Assembly (NCBI GenBank): GCA_965112735.1 | Contig: OZ218959.1 | Coordinates: forward strand, 496,001 to 560,000 | Source: Phaeosaccion multiseriatum | Lineage: Eukaryota > Protista > Ochrophyta, other classes | Reading direction: 5' to 3' | DNA length: 64,000 nucleotides | Part shown: positions 48,983-63,164 of the stretch, piece by piece | Numbering within the stretch: position 1 is the stretch's first letter | Layout: every line of letters starts with the position of its first letter | The notes under the pieces: model-generated | What the model was told of the DNA's origin: nothing | Databases searched by the model: none | The model's input: only the letters and a program-made list of their open reading frames with translations | Translations under genes and position numbers: made by a program

Positions 48983-51900
48983 ATGGTGTTCGCCCAGCAC
49001 CAGGGTGCGGCAGCGCCCACGCTGATCACGACCCTTCGTGCCGGAAGCTCGTGTCCGAGTGGACCCATAGCCTTGGGGGACGCTGGTGCCGCACGTCGCA
49101 GCCCCCCCAAGAGACAGCGCCAGGGCCATGGGAAGCACCAGAAGCCAGCACTACAGTGCCCTCCGGTCCAGCTCCGCTGGCAAGTCGAGCTGGGAAGCCG
49201 AGACAGATTCGTCTACCCTTCGCTCCATCTGGAGAGGGAATTTGTAGACGAGGAGGAGGAGGACCCTGGCGTTCCAGAGACGACAGTGCTGTCGCGACCC
49301 GGCCTGGGTCCCCGCTTCAGCTCGCGGCGCCTCCTGGCGGCGGACTCGACGGGGCTCGAGGTGATGCTCGAGCAAGTCGAGAGCGCAGGTGGGGGGATTG
49401 CGCTTCAGCAGGAGGGCACCATCGAGGAAGAGGGGGGGGTCGAAGAGGAGGGATCGAGCAGCGCCGATACGAAAAGGCGGGATGCGGGGGAGGGTGGGCG
49501 TGAGGAGGAGGGGCAAGGGCACGGGATACGAGCAGGGATGGAGGAGCTCATCGGCGCCGGTATGCGAGGGGAGGAGGTGGACGTCACTGCCTCTGCGAGG
49601 GGGGTGACCGGCGGTGGGAGTATAAACAGTCACTCGAGTTGCGACGGGTACGTGACGTGGGGAGGGTGCGCGAGACCGAACCCCTGTGTGCGGCTTCTCT
49701 CTCGTTGTCTTTTCATTTCTGTGCCAATCCATGCCTCCTTGGACTGACTGACTGATTCCCTGATTGATTCCCTGATTGATTCCCTGACTCATTCCCTGAC
49801 TCGCTTTGAATTGCACGACCCCGACACCACCCATTGACCCCATTCGCACCCCCTTCATTCACAGGGGTCGGTCGGGGCACAAGGTCGCGGCAGGAGGGGG
49901 GGCAGGGGGGGCTTTCTGGAAGCTGCAAGTGGTGGAAGGCGGCAGACGTTCTCTCGAGTGGGAGGAGTACATGAGCATTGCCGAAGGGGAGCTTGGGGAG
50001 CGCAGCAGACGGAGGGACGGGGCGCGCGGCAGGGGGGGCAGGGGGGGTGGGCAGACCAAGGAACAGCAGCATGGGGAGGGAGCGGGCTCCGGGGGCGGTG
50101 GGCTGAGTCACGCGAGGGACTTGGAGGAGGAAGGTGGGCACACGCGGGGCCTCCCGACTGTCGCACATGCAGCAGGCGGACGTACTTGCTTCCTGGCCTG
50201 TGTGGCGGTTTCCCCTGGAGCACGATGAATGAAAGTCTGTGCTTGAACAACCAACCGTTTGCTCTTTCTCTCCCCTCCTCTCCCTCTACCTCTCTTGCCC
50301 CTTTCTCTCTCTCTCCAGTCGCAGCCACCGAGTTGACCGACGCGCAGGGCAAGGGGGAGCAGCTGCTGAGGAGAAACATGAAGGCCATTGCCAAAGACGG
50401 TTTCGTTCGGTAAGATTGACTAGGCGCCGCAGGGAGGGAGGGAGGGAGGGAGGGAGGGAGCGGCATAGGAAAAGGTCTCCTAGCGGCTGGGTGAGGGGGG
50501 GGGGCAGTCCTACGCGGGGTGCGCCTACATTCTCTTGCCGTGGAAAGGGGAGAAGCAGCTCAACAGTCTCCCACCCCTCTATTTCTCTCTCTCCCTCTGT
50601 TGGTGCGCGTGTTCCTTCCTCCCCCCCTCTCTGCGCCCGTACGTGTGCGTATGTACTTCCCTCCCTCCCTCCCTGTATATGTATACGTGTGTATGTGTGT
50701 GTCCATCCCTCCCTGTCGCTCCCCAGGCCTCTGCTTGGGCACACGTTGTGTGTATCTGACAAAGTCGCAGACGCCCACGCAGCGCGGCAATTCAGAGAAA
50801 TGGTACGGGCGGAAAGCTGACGCTGTATGTCGATGCTGAATGTCGATGCTGATGTCGATGCTGAATGTCGACGATATCAATGTCTTCTCCCGCGCCTCCT
50901 CTCTACGGTCGCCCGTCCCCGTCGATCAACGCTCCCCCTCCTCCTACTCCTCTTTCTCCTCCTCGTTCTGCCTCCTCCCCCTCCTCCTTCTCCTCATGGT
51001 TCTGCCTCCTCCCCCTCATCCTTCTCCTCCTCCTCCTCCTCCTCCTCCTCCTCCTCCTCCTCCTCCTCCTCCTCCTCCTCCTCCTCGTCCTACCTCCTCC
51101 CCCTCCCGTCACGTTTGTTCTCAGGTACGGAGACGGACTACAAGGCCACACACCGCGGGGGGTGCCCTGTCTCTATCTCTGTCTCTGTCTTCGTCTCTGT
51201 CGCTCGGAGAGGGGTCTGACAAACCAGGAGAAGCGGCCACTGAAACTCGCACTGAATTTGGCACAAAGACTGAAACTCGCACTGGCCTTGGCGGAGACGG
51301 ACGCCCCGCCACCACGGGGAGCGCTTTCTCTCTCGGCAGAAGCCATGACGGGGACGGGAGCAGCGGAGAGCCGCCCACTTCGGCAATAGGCGCAGGTGTG
51401 TGCTGTGGTTTGGCGGTGGTCCTGTCTCGCTGTGACTTGCATTGCATCTGCCGGCCGTGGCCAGCAAGGGGAATAGCGCAACGCTATGCCTATATATGCC
51501 TCTCTCTACTCTTGTCTGCCCCAACGCCTCTACTCTACCCATACGCCTCTGTCTGCTCAGCTCTGCACACACTACTCTCCCCTCTGCTGCACTCTGCTGT
51601 ACCCTGCTCTGCTCTGCTCTGCTCTGCTCCTGCAGGCCCAGCAAAGAATCCCCCCCTCCTCTCCAGGGGCCCCTCTCTGGCGGGCACTCTCGCCAATCTC
51701 GGCAGCCATCTGGGGGAGGACCCCTACACGGGAGGTGAGGGGCTGCCAGTTGGGCATGGCGCAGGCGTATGGGCAGGCGCATGGGCAGGCGCATGGGCTG
51801 GGAGGGGGTGCAAAGTTAAGAGTAGAGGCATATGGGCTGGGGGGAGGCATAGTTAGAGTAGAGGTATATGGGCTGGGGGGGGAGGTATATAGTCAGAGTA

Positions 51901-54700
51901 GAGGCATATGGGGGGGGGGGCATAGTTAGAGTAGAGGCATATGGGCTGGGGGGGAGGTATATAGTTAGAGTAGAGGCATATGGGCTGGGGGGAGGCATAG
52001 AGTAGAGGCATATGGGCTGGGGGGAGGCATAGTTAGAGTAGAGGTATATGGGCTGGGGGGGAGGTATATAGTTAGAGTAGAGGCATATGGGGGGGGAGGC
52101 ATAGTTAGAGTAGAGGCATATGGGCTGGGGGGGAGGTATATAGTTAGAGTAGAGGCATGTGGGCTGGGGGGAGGCATAGTTAGAGTAGAGGTATATGGGC
52201 TGGGGGGAGGCATAGTTAAAGTAGAGGCATATGGGCTGGGGGGAGGCATAGTTAAAGTAGAGGCATATGGGCTGGGGGGGAGGCATAGTTAGAGTAGAGG
52301 TATATGGGCTGGGGGGAGGCGTATGGGCAAGGCATACGGGTAGGCATGGGGGGCTGGAGGCAGGAGGCGCTGGGGAAGAACTGCACAATGGTGTTGCTAT
52401 CACTGCGTCGTAAAGCCTTGTCCACCCATCTCCTTCCATTCCCTCCCCTCCCCTCCTAACTTGTGCTGTGTCTTGTGCGGTTGCTGGGCGAGAGCAGTCC
52501 AGCAGGAGGGCACGGGGGAGCAGCCCAGGGGAGGAAGCGGGGCCATTGTGTTTCTGCAAGAAGCGTGGGGGGGGGGCCACCAGCCAGACGCAGCAGCAGC
52601 CGCCGCTAGGGAGGGCCCTCCGAAGGCTGCTGCTGATGATGCTCCTCCTGGGGACGGACAAGAGGGTGAGACTTGTTTGGAAGGGGAGCACGGGCAGGAG
52701 CGGTCTGCAAGAAACTTGTCCAAGGCGCAGAGTAACGCCCCGGGCAAGCAAAGGTACGCGAGGGTCTGACGAGGGGGAGGGAAGAGAAGACGACGTGGCT
52801 CTCTGCTGTTCCGGTCTGCAAGGAAGGCCTTCTCCTGTTCCTTCTCATGGCCGGCGGGGTTTCGCTCTACTGTCTCCCGACGGGTGTGTCTCGTGCCCCT
52901 TGCTCCAGTCTCCCGCTCGTGTCCCCTTGCTCTCATCTCTCCCTCTACTCTCTCACTCTGCTGTCTCGCTTCGCTTGCGCCTTTCCTGCCGTGTGCCCGC
53001 TACCTCTCTACCCTACCCTCTTCTCGTGCCCCTCCTCCTCTGTCCCCCCGTGTGCATCCCCCTCATGCAGGTACAAGGTCTTCCGTTACGGTGACGACAC
53101 CGGAGTGCTCCGAGCCAAGGCAGCACTGCGCTACTTAGAGACGGCATCGCACAAGGTCAAGAGAAGAGCGCACTTCGACAGAGCGCAGAGGCAGCAAAAC
53201 TCAATGAGGCAGCAGCAGCAGCGCCTGCAGGTCCGTGCGGGTGTGGGTGCGTACGTGCGTGCGTGTATGCGTGTATATCGTGTGTGCATGTGTGCGTGCG
53301 TGTATGCTTTTATGTGCGTGTGCGTGTGTGTGTGTGCGTGCGTGCGTGCGTGGCCAAGCCCGATCCCACGTCCAGGACTCGACCGTCACTGCATGACCTC
53401 ACGCCTCGCCTATCCTTGCGCGGGACTTGCCCTCGCAGACCATCGTCTCTGACCTTTGCTTGTCCCCTCTCTCCCTCTCTACCTCCCTACCTCTCCGGCC
53501 CTCCCTCTCTCTGCGCGGTTCAGCTGCAGAGGAAGCGTCACAAAGAAGCCCTGGCTCGAGCCCTTCTCCCCTCCTCCCCGCGCACCGAAGGTAATTCATT
53601 CATTCATGCACTTCTGAGCAAGCTTGGGGGGTTGTGTTGGGCCTCCATCAGGTGACATGCACTGATCCTCGATCGATCCTCGCAATGTTCAATGTTCGGT
53701 TGGCCTCACTTTTGTTGTTCCTCCCTCTTTCTCACTTGTGTAACCGTTGTACCCTCTGCTTGTCCTTGCTCGCTTCTATCACGGACAGCCCGCCGCCTCT
53801 TCAACGAGTGCAAAGAGGGCACGGGGAGAGAGCTTGCACCTGACAGGGATCACAATGCGAACATCTATAAAGGCCTCCTCTGCTCGCAGGGGGGCAGGGG
53901 CAGGGGCAGCGGGGTGGGGGGGCGGCAAGGGGGGGAGGGAGGGAGGGAAGGGGGGAGGGGCGGCAGGGGGGGCAGGGGGGCGGGGGCCATGCTGCGCTTC
54001 AAGAGGGCCAACACCTTCTCACACGTGCACGCACACTCGAGGGGGGGTGCGAGGGGTGCGCTGGGTACTGAGGTGATCGAGGAGGGAAGTGGCAGCGACG
54101 GGGAGGGGGAGGGGGATGGGGAGGGGCGTCTCGCAGAGACGGAGCTGAGAGGCGGAGCAACACTAGCAACGAGACAGGAAGGCACGCACACAGGGAGGGG
54201 GGCGAGGGGAGCAAGGGGAGCGAGGGGAAGGCCACGCACGGCGCCGGGTAGACACACGCGACACACAAGCGCACCTCACTTCGAGGAGGTGCAGCGGTTG
54301 ACATTTGGGAGGGGGGAAGGAGGAGCAGAGGCGGGCCAAAGAGGAGGAGTCCAGTCGGTGAGTGGGAGGAGGGCGGTGGAGGGGGTAGGGTATGGTAGGG
54401 TATAGCTACATACACATGCACACACAGGTAGACACAGTAGTAGACCCACAGACACACACATTTACACACAGACGTACAGAGACACACACAGAAGTGCACG
54501 CACACACGCGTACACACACATACAACACGCACACACACACACGCGCGCGCGTCCACACACATACAACATACACACACACGCGCGCGCACAAGCAGCTTCG
54601 TCGCCTGCCTACCTCGCCAGCCACTCAGCCACTCAGTTCTCTTACTGCTGCCTCGCCTCCCCCCCCTCCCCCGTCCCCTTTTCCTCCTCCTTCCCTACCG

Positions 54701-54735
<35 letters not shown>

Positions 54736-56556
54736 CTGTCGGGGGGTGCCTCAGGCCGAGCACGACGGCCGTTACGCAGGCGAGCACTGCAAGAAGCGCT
54801 TCCTCTCTTTGGTGCGCAACCACGTCGGCCCCGCCCATGACCATGACGAGGAGGCAACAGACAAGTCGCCCGAGGCACATCAGCCTAAGGCACATGAGGC
54901 CAAGACAAGTGAGAAGGCCCCTCCTGCTGTTGGGGGTAAGGCGCGGCCAGCGACGGCCTTCGCCTCTTCATCCTCCTCCTCCTCCTCCTCCTCCTCCTCC
55001 TGCAGAGTAGGCAGAGTGAGCAGGGGGGGCAGAGGCGAGAGTCCTCGGGAGGCGTTTGTGCTGTCGTGCATGGGCCAGCGCTTCGTGCCTGAGCCCATCC
55101 CACTGAAACTTTCAAGGGCCGTGCAGCAGCAGCACCAGCACAAGTACGACAGCAGCAGCAGCAGCAGCAGCCATAGGGGAAGCAGCGGCAGTCAGAATGG
55201 TAGCAGCGACAACAAGAGACTGGCCGTAACAGCCCCACACACACACACACACGCGAGGTACGGTGTCGCTCTGCACCCGAGGGAGGGTCCGGCAAGAGCG
55301 TCGCAGAGGGTGCCGCAGAGGGCAGGTTCGGCGTTGGGCCTTTCTCTCTTTGTCCTGACACCTCTGTCCCCTTCGCTCTATGCCTCTCTGTGTGTGTCTC
55401 TCTCTCTCGCTCTCTCTCTCTCTGTCTCGCACCCTGTGTGCTCCTTTCTCTCTCTATATCTGTCCTGACACCCCTGACAGCAGCAGCGGCCTTGACCCTG
55501 CCTTTGAAGGCCTTGCCCTCGATAAGGCAGGCTTTGGCCTTGGAGACGACCGTGGCCTCTGCCTCGCCCCTGCCCTCCGCACCCTCCCCCGCCTCAAGGC
55601 AGTGGACCTCTCCTGCAATAGGCTGACTGAAAGATCCCTCGTACCGCTCATCAGAGCTCTCGATGCACGCGTGGACCGGCAGGCAAGTGAAGGGAGGGGA
55701 GGGGAGGGGGGGGGGGGGGTCGTGGTTCGACGTTACTTTCGCCTGCTGCTAGACTGTTGGCTGTTGTCCATTGTCCGTTCGTGCGGACGCTGTTTCTGCT
55801 GACGCACTACTCGTTATTGACGCTTGGCACTAAGATATACTAAGTATACCACACCAACATACTCGAACAGGTCGGATTGCTCAAACAACGAAAGCAAGAG
55901 GCCCTGCAGGGAGGGAGCACGGAGGACACCAGCAGGGAGGGTAGCAGCGAAGGTCTCATCATGCCTCTGGAGCTTCTCGTGTTGAGCGGCAATCGCTTGG
56001 GGCTGGGGGGCGCCTCTGCCGTTGCGAAACTCTTGGGCAAGAGCCGTCACCTCAAAGTGCTCAAGCTTGAAGGTCCGTCAAAGCGTCAAGACCCCTCGGG
56101 TCTCCTCCCCTCGGGTTCTCTACCCACCGGGGGCTGCCAATCCGCCTGCTCTCTCCCTCCCTCCCTCTCTGCTTTGCTTGCTCTGAAGCCTCTGAGGCGG
56201 GGGGAGCGTTGCGTCTCGCTCCAGCCGCCCCTTCCTTCGTTCGAGCAGACGATAGATGCCCACTCATGCCCACTCACGCCCATTCTCATCCCCTCAGGCG
56301 TAGGCCTGACCAACAAAGGCCTGCTGAGTTTCCACGCCTGCTCGGAAATCTCGCTGGGTCTGCAATGCCTCTCCCTGGCCCACAACCAAATCACAGGTGG
56401 GCGACTGTCCAGACAGTGTAGTGCATGGTGCACTTGCAATTCCCCGCATCCTCCGTGTCGACACGTCCTTGTCTGACACGATATCGAAACTTCTGTGCCT
56501 ACTGCAAAGGAGCACCCTCTCAAGACTCGAACCCCTTCCCTTCCACTCATCTTCTC

Positions 56557-56597
<41 letters not shown>

Positions 56598-58455
56598 GCA
56601 ACTCTCCCACCCCTCACCCCCCCCCCCCCGGATACCCGTCCACTGCCATCCCGCTCCCATCAGGCGAGGAGGGCGGTTCTTCCCTGGTGCATCTTCTGCT
56701 CGATCTGTCTGCTCTGAAGGAGCTAAGTGTGGCGTGGAACAGTCTCAACAGCCCGGGCCTGCACCTCCTTGCCGACTTCTACAGCCAGCAGAACAAGGAA
56801 TACGGTAAGTAGGTGGTGTCAGGACAGTGGGGGGGGGGGGTGTTAGGACAGTAAGTCGTGGGTGTATGTGTGTAAGGATGATATGACACGTGGGTGGGAG
56901 CGAAATCGCCAGGGAAGGAAGGACAGGGGAGTACGCCGGCAGATGGGCAGGCAGGCAGATAGGCATATCGGCAGGCAGGCAGGAATATGGGCAGATGGGA
57001 AGCTGCGTAGCTCGGCTCGCGCATCTCCAAGCCCAGAGCGAAGGCCGAAGCCGGCTTGCCTTGACCCCGTCATCTCTCTGCCCCCCCCCCTCTGCTCTCT
57101 CTCTCTCTGTACCACCAGTGACTCTGGAGCACATTGACGCGTCCTTCAACCTCAGCGGCGCGGAGCGTCAGCCTGCCTCGATCGGCGCAGGCCCGGGGGG
57201 GGCAGGCCCGGGGGGGACAGGCCCCGGGGGAGGCTCAGCTTCAGCTTCAGCTTCATCAGCCTTAGCCGCACTGGTACTGTCTCTCTCTGCACTTCCCTCC
57301 CTCACGGCGCTCTCCCTCAGGGGCACGAACACGCACACGCACTCGACCCGGGAGGGCTCCCCAGCGGTGCAGCTGCTCGCGGACTGGATCGGCCGCCCCA
57401 CCCGCCTCAGACACTTGGACCTTTCCGGTGCGTGCGTGCGTGCGTGCATGTGTGCGTGCATGTGTGCGTACGTGTTATGTTTGCGTTCGTACGTGCGTGC
57501 GTGCGTGCGTGCGTGCGCCACCCAATGTCCAATACCCAGTGCCCAATACCTGATACCCAATACTCTATGCCCAATAACACCTGATGCGCCGCAGAGAGCG
57601 CTCTGAGTGAGGTCGAGGGCCTCTGCCTGCTGCGCGCTGTCCTCTTGGCAAGTGGCCCGGGAGGGAGTGCCCCTGGGTGGGCGAGCATCCAGAGCCTTGA
57701 CCTAAGCGGCTGCCCCCTGCAAGTTAGCAAAGACAGTAAGTCAACAAAGACCGCCCCGAGGGGCCCCGAGGCGAAGGGGGGAGAGGAAAGAAGACCTCTG
57801 AAGCTTCACCCCTCTCGATGGAGCGCCCAGCCCCCCCCCCCTTTCCTCCCCTGCCTTACCCCCGCCCCCCTCCCCCCCCCAACCCAACCCACCCAGGTCA
57901 AGTCTGCGCGACTCCGGGCCTGAAAGCCACCCAGCCGCCGCTGGAGCAGTCAACAGCGGAGCAAGAGGCTGGCCTCTCTCCGGAGGGAGGCACTACAGCA
58001 GCAGTCGGTGATACGGAGGTCACAGATGCGAACGCAGACAGGCTGTCCATCATGATGCCGTCAGACGAGGCGCTAGAGGTAGGTTCAGCAGACAACAGAG
58101 ATGTGGCAGAGATGTGCCTGTTCAGCAGAGCTTTGTGTCGGTTCAGCAGAGCTTTTGTAACGGTTCTGGTGCTAGGCTGCCGCTGGTATGGCTGCACGGC
58201 CGACCCCAGCTAGCCATGATCTGGCTGACCACCACCCCCCTCCCCTCCACCGCCCCCTCCCCCTCCCCTCCGCTCTGGTGTGATCTGCCTTGCCCGTATG
58301 AGCAGAGGACGCGGAGGGTGGTGCGGAGCGACCACACCGAGCGACTTGTCGATCGTCTCCTCACCATGTGCCTACCTACCCTCTCTCCCAGCCCTGGCTG
58401 CCCCTCCGACCCTCCCCACCCTCCCCTAGCGCCCTACCCAGCCACACACCGGTAG
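48983..58455 (+). CDS. Large multi-exon protein with C-terminal ribonuclease-inhibitor-type leucine-rich repeats; boundaries and 5' exons uncertain (may be more than one gene)
   Basis: LRR units LKAVDLSCNRL, LELLVLSGNRLG, LKVLKLE, LQCLSLAHNQI, LKELSVAWNSL, LEHIDASFN, LTALSLRG, LRHLDLS and IQSLDLSGCPL occur in exons across 55481-57737. Upstream exon-like GT-AG-bounded segments lie on the same strand. Confidence 0.6.
51812..52322. repeat. Intronic minisatellite, about 14 copies of a 35-37 bp unit (GCATAGTTAGAGTAGAGGCATATGGGCTGGGGGGAG)
   Basis: Directly visible tandem array with variable G-run length. Confidence 0.95.
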
Positions 58456-59229
58456 GACTAGCTTGAAGCAGGGGCAGGTTCTTCTCGCTTCTTTTTTATC
58501 TTAGCTTTGCTTCTTTTTCTTTGCTTGAGCGAGGGACAGCTTTGCTTCATTTTTGAGCTTGACTTGCTTAGTACAAAAATGGTCATTGCTAGGGCACTTC
58601 GCTCACAGAGACAGCCATGCAACTCAACTGCAACGAGACTGTGGCACTTCTACTTCTTGTTGTTGCCCCTCTTGCTCGAGGCAGGCCTTTGGTCCTCGCT
58701 CCCCTTTCTTGTCGACCCTTGGCCCTTAGCCACCCCTCCTCCTCGTCGAAGTCCGGGTACGCCTGAGTCAGTAAAAAAAGTCGGTCAGTCACAACATCAA
58801 CCAGTCGAAGTCATGATTGAGGGTCGGAGGGAGGGAGGGAGGGATGCATGTGGATCGAGAAAGGAAAAAGCACGGAAACGAGAAAAATAAATATTTTCCC
58901 AAGTCAATGACGTTACTTTTTGACGAAAAACTCCTCGTGGACAGAGGACTTGGGTTGGCACGCTTTGGCCTAGGAGCCAGTGTATGCGCGTGGTTGTGTA
59001 GGCGCTGAAGGAATTCTGTCGGTGGCAGAGGTTGTAGCTTGTTTCGTGGGGCAACGCGAGCAGTGGCAGTGGCAGAAAAATAAAAAGAAAGAAAGAAAAA
59101 AAGGAAAGAAGAAAAGATACAAAGATACCGTCCCCTGGTGTTCCGACTCGCTGAGCCCTCTCCCCTCCCCCCACACTCCCCCCTAGTTCCCTTCAGTGCT
59201 TGTAGCAAGAAGACAAGTCGGCGCTCATC

Positions 59230-62200
59230 ATGGGGTTGAAGGAATCCCTAGTTGGAGACTACAACTACCAGGCGCTGTGCATGCCGCAGCTGCCTTGGAA
59301 GAAAGAGCGGCCGAACATGACCTTCTACCCAAAGGAAGAGAAGCTTCCCATCTTGCTGTCCATGGTCATGGGCCTGCAGCACGCCTTCGCCATGGTAAGG
59401 AAGGAAGAAACGTGGTGAGGAGGAATCGTGTGTGGGGCGGCCTGGACACAAAAAAAGAAAGACACACCTCCCTTAGCGCTGTGGTCTGCCCGTTCCCCCC
59501 TCTCTCTCTCTTTTTTCGTGTCTTCTGCAGGTCGGTGGGCTCATCACTCCGGTAAGTCGAAGCCGTTTTATTTCCTTGGCTGGTGCTCGCGCCCCTCACC
59601 TGACAGACTGACGTGATCCCCCCCCTCAGCCCTATGTTGTGTTTAGGTTCTCCGTCAATTTCTTGGATACCGACCTGCAGCAGTACGCCATCTCCGCAGC
59701 GCTCATCACTTCCGGTATTTTCACGATCATGAATGTGCTCCAGTTGTCCATTCCCTTCTCGGAGAAGATCTTCGGTAGAGAGGTGAGCAGGACAACCATC
59801 TAAACCATCTTGGGGACATTTACCTTATAGGCATGAGCAACCGCCCCGTCCCGCCTGAGCTCAATCTCGGTGCTCTCCCTGCTGGCAGATCGTGGTTGGA
59901 AGCGGTATCCTGAGCGTCGTGGGCACGTCCTTTACCTTCCTGCCCATCTTTGAAGCCGCTATTGCCCAAATGAGGGCCGACGGAGTGGATGCAGAAGACG
60001 CCTATGGCAAGATGCTCGGTACGTTGGTCGGATGCGTGTGTACGCGTGTCTCCACGGCTCTCGTAGGCGTCATCCCTCACTTCGTCAAATGGAAAAAGAT
60101 CAAGGCGAGGGCGGTCTGTCTCCCCTTTCTTAACTCCTCCTCACGTCCCCGCCCTCGAAACGCCTTAATCCCCCTCCATATTATTGAAGGTACTGTGATG
60201 GTCTGCTCCTTCCTCGAAGTCTTGCTGAGCTTCGTACCCCACAAGCGGCTGCGCCAGACATTCCCCCCCCTCATCAGTGGAATCACCATCATCCTCATCG
60301 GCGTGGCCCTCACGGGTAAGTCCCTGGAAGTCCTTGGAGGTTCGCTGGGTCAGGGGCAGTCGGCGCGCTTGGCTGTTTGCTCGGAGCTGCTCCTGCTCGC
60401 TCCTCCGTGGTGCATCATCGTTGCCCGCGCCTTCATTCTAGCTTGCCCCCGCCCCTAACTCGCAGGTACCGGAATGAAGTACTGGGGCGGAGGAGTGGTG
60501 TGTGCCGAAATGGGGTGGAAGGTGAGAAGAAGACCCAATAAGTGATGCAAGAGAGTACAGTACCCAACTGATGCAAGGGAATACCCAATGTGCCCAAAAG
60601 GGCGCGACGTGAAGGTACAAGTACCGACAAAATAGCCCAACCCTCTCCGACGCGCCCCTCCCCTCCCCTCCGACCGCCGTTTTCGCACGCAGGAGCACTC
60701 CCAAGCAGTTGCAGCCGGTGTGTCCCCCATTCCCGGTCCGACCTGTACTAACGGAGAGGTAAGTAGAGGGCGGGCAGAGAGCTGTGCCTACCGCCCCTTC
60801 CGACCTGCCATTCCCTTGCTTCTCCTCGATCTCAAGTGCGCTGTTTTTAAAATCTTCTCACCCCTGTACGCACACTGAATGGTATTGGCTGGCGTGTTCA
60901 GGTTGCGCTGGGCTACGGATCTCCTGAGTTTATCGGCCTCGGCTTTAGCGTAATGGCTGGCCTCGTGTTCATCGAGTGCTTTGGCTCCACCTTCATGAAG
61001 AACTGCAACGTTGTCATCGCGCTCTGCTTCGGCTGTAAGTACAGTGACTCAACTTGGGCGGGAGACAAGAGGGGGGCTCGTTGAGTTGCTTGCTCGGAAA
61101 TGATCGGGCGTGGCACTGCTTCTGTGCGCGCTATATGGGGGGGGGGGGGGAGGAAGAGGGAAGCCGTCAAGCCTTTCTTAATATTTGCTTACTTACTTTG
61201 TACTGCTGGCGCCGCTCCTTCGCTCCCTGAAGACATGGTTGCCGCTGCCTCCGACAAGGACGGCTCAGACTACGTTACCGACACCAATATCAAGTCCGCC
61301 GACACCATCACCTTCCTGTGGACCCAAACGTTCAAGATTGGTGAGAGGGCAGCAGGAAAGGGGTTGCACATTCATTTCTCATGATGGTCTGCTGCTGTTG
61401 GGTGCCCGCCCCTCTCATCTCATCCTCTGTAGGAATCTATGGGCCGGCCATTCTCCCCCTCCTCGTCGGCTTCCTCGTGTCTTCCGTGGAGTCCATCGGA
61501 GACATTGGCGCGACGTATGAAGCCTCTGAGCTGGACGTGAACGGCCCCGAGTTCCCCAAGAGCGTGCAGGGCGGGCTGCTGGCCGATGGAATAAGCTCCT
61601 TCATGGCCTCACTCTTCACTACGATGCCCAACACCACCTTCAGTCAAAATAACGGAGGTGCGCGAGTCTGGGTGTGTTCGTGTTCCACGTGTCTAAAGGA
61701 AGTGGTGGGTGTGTGCGCGTGGCTACGTGCATACCTAGCTATGTGCGTGGTTTTTGTCTTCGCATTGCATTTCCTCAAGCCTCTTCTCTCCACCCCGCCC
61801 CCGTCTCCCTCCTCCCATCCCCACAGTGATTGCCATGACCAAGTGCGCGAGGTACGAAGCTTGTCGAGATTCCTCCTCTCAGCCGTGCTTCTGAATTTTC
61901 TCGATTTCGATTTCATACACTAGCTCCTCCGTCTCACGCACGGCCGGACCAATGCTAACGAAACCCCCGTCCGTTGACTTTGAGAACCGAGCAGTAGGAG
62001 GGCGGGATACGCATGCGGTGGCTGGCTCATCTTCATGGGAATTGTCGGCAAGGTGGCCGGAATCATCACTTCCATCCCGGACTCCGTGCTGGGAGGCATG
62101 ACCATCTTCCTCTTCTCCAACGTGATGGTGAGCGGCATCAAAATCCTGTCCCAGGTAGACTTGAACTCGCGCCGCGCACGCTTCATCCTGGCCCTCTCTC

Positions 62201-62865
62201 TGGCGCTCGGCGTGGGTGTGACTGTCTGGCCCTTCGCCTTTTTGGACCGCCGGTAAGGAAGGAAGGAAGGAAGTCAAGGAAGGAAGGAAGTAAGGAAGGA
62301 AGGAAGGAACGATGGGGGAGCTCGGCTGAAGCGGGAGCTATCCTCTGTATCTTTTGTTCGATTTCCGTAACGCTCTCGCGTTTGTCTCCCCCTCTACCAC
62401 AGGGCGAGTCCCTACACCGCCAATTTCTGGCCCTGCAATGACTGCGGCGACAACATGAAGGGGCTCAGAAACGGAGTCGTCATTTTCTTGTCCACGGTGA
62501 GAGTTTCAAGTCGGCGGATAGGCACGGAATACTGCTGGGCAGCGCAGCCAGGAGCTGCTTTGGGTATTGTACTTTGGTCGACTCTCTCTTGTCTTTTACA
62601 GGCTCGCCCTTTCACCTCCACCCACGCTTGTCCGCCTTGTCTGTCTTGCAACCCTCTCCTTGTGTGCCTGCGTCCCCCCGCTCCTCAGGGCTACTGCATC
62701 GGCACAGTTACCGCCGTTATCCTCAACTGTATTCTGCCCGCGGACGTGATGGTGGACGGCAGCATGCACGACAAGGTCCTCAGCCCCGTCGTCGTCGCCA
62801 ACCAGGACCCTCCGAAGGAAGCCAATGGCCCCATTACCACCGCTCCAAAGTACAGCGCGGCGTAA
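59230..62865 (+). CDS. Nucleobase-ascorbate transporter (NAT/NCS2), uric acid-xanthine permease (UapA-like), about 14 exons
   Basis: GLQHAFAM (TM1 QH motif), GSGILSVVGTSF, VESIGD, GGLLADG, NAT signature TTFSQNNGV-IAMTK, IPDSVLGG. Confidence 0.95.
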
Positions 62866-63133
62866 GGCGCCGCAGCGAATGAGTAGATGCGCGTATATAC
62901 AAGTCTGCTGACTGTACAGTAACTGTAGCATAGATAGGCTTGGCTGGTGCATGCCCCCATTAGAAGCACATAGGCTTAAGAAAAGTATAGGGGCAGCCAA
63001 GGCTTCCGGGCGAGCATGGTGCGGTCGGTGCGGTGGAGAAAAGAGTCGAGTGACAAGCTCGGTGAAGAATGTAGTGTGTAGAGGAAGGAGGGGAAGGAGA
63101 TGTGTGTGCGTGTGTGTGCGTGAGAGAGAGAGA

Positions 63134-63164
<31 letters not shown>

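Noticed and set aside
51812-52322. CRISPR-like 36-bp repeats
   Set aside because: No spacers; it is an intronic minisatellite.
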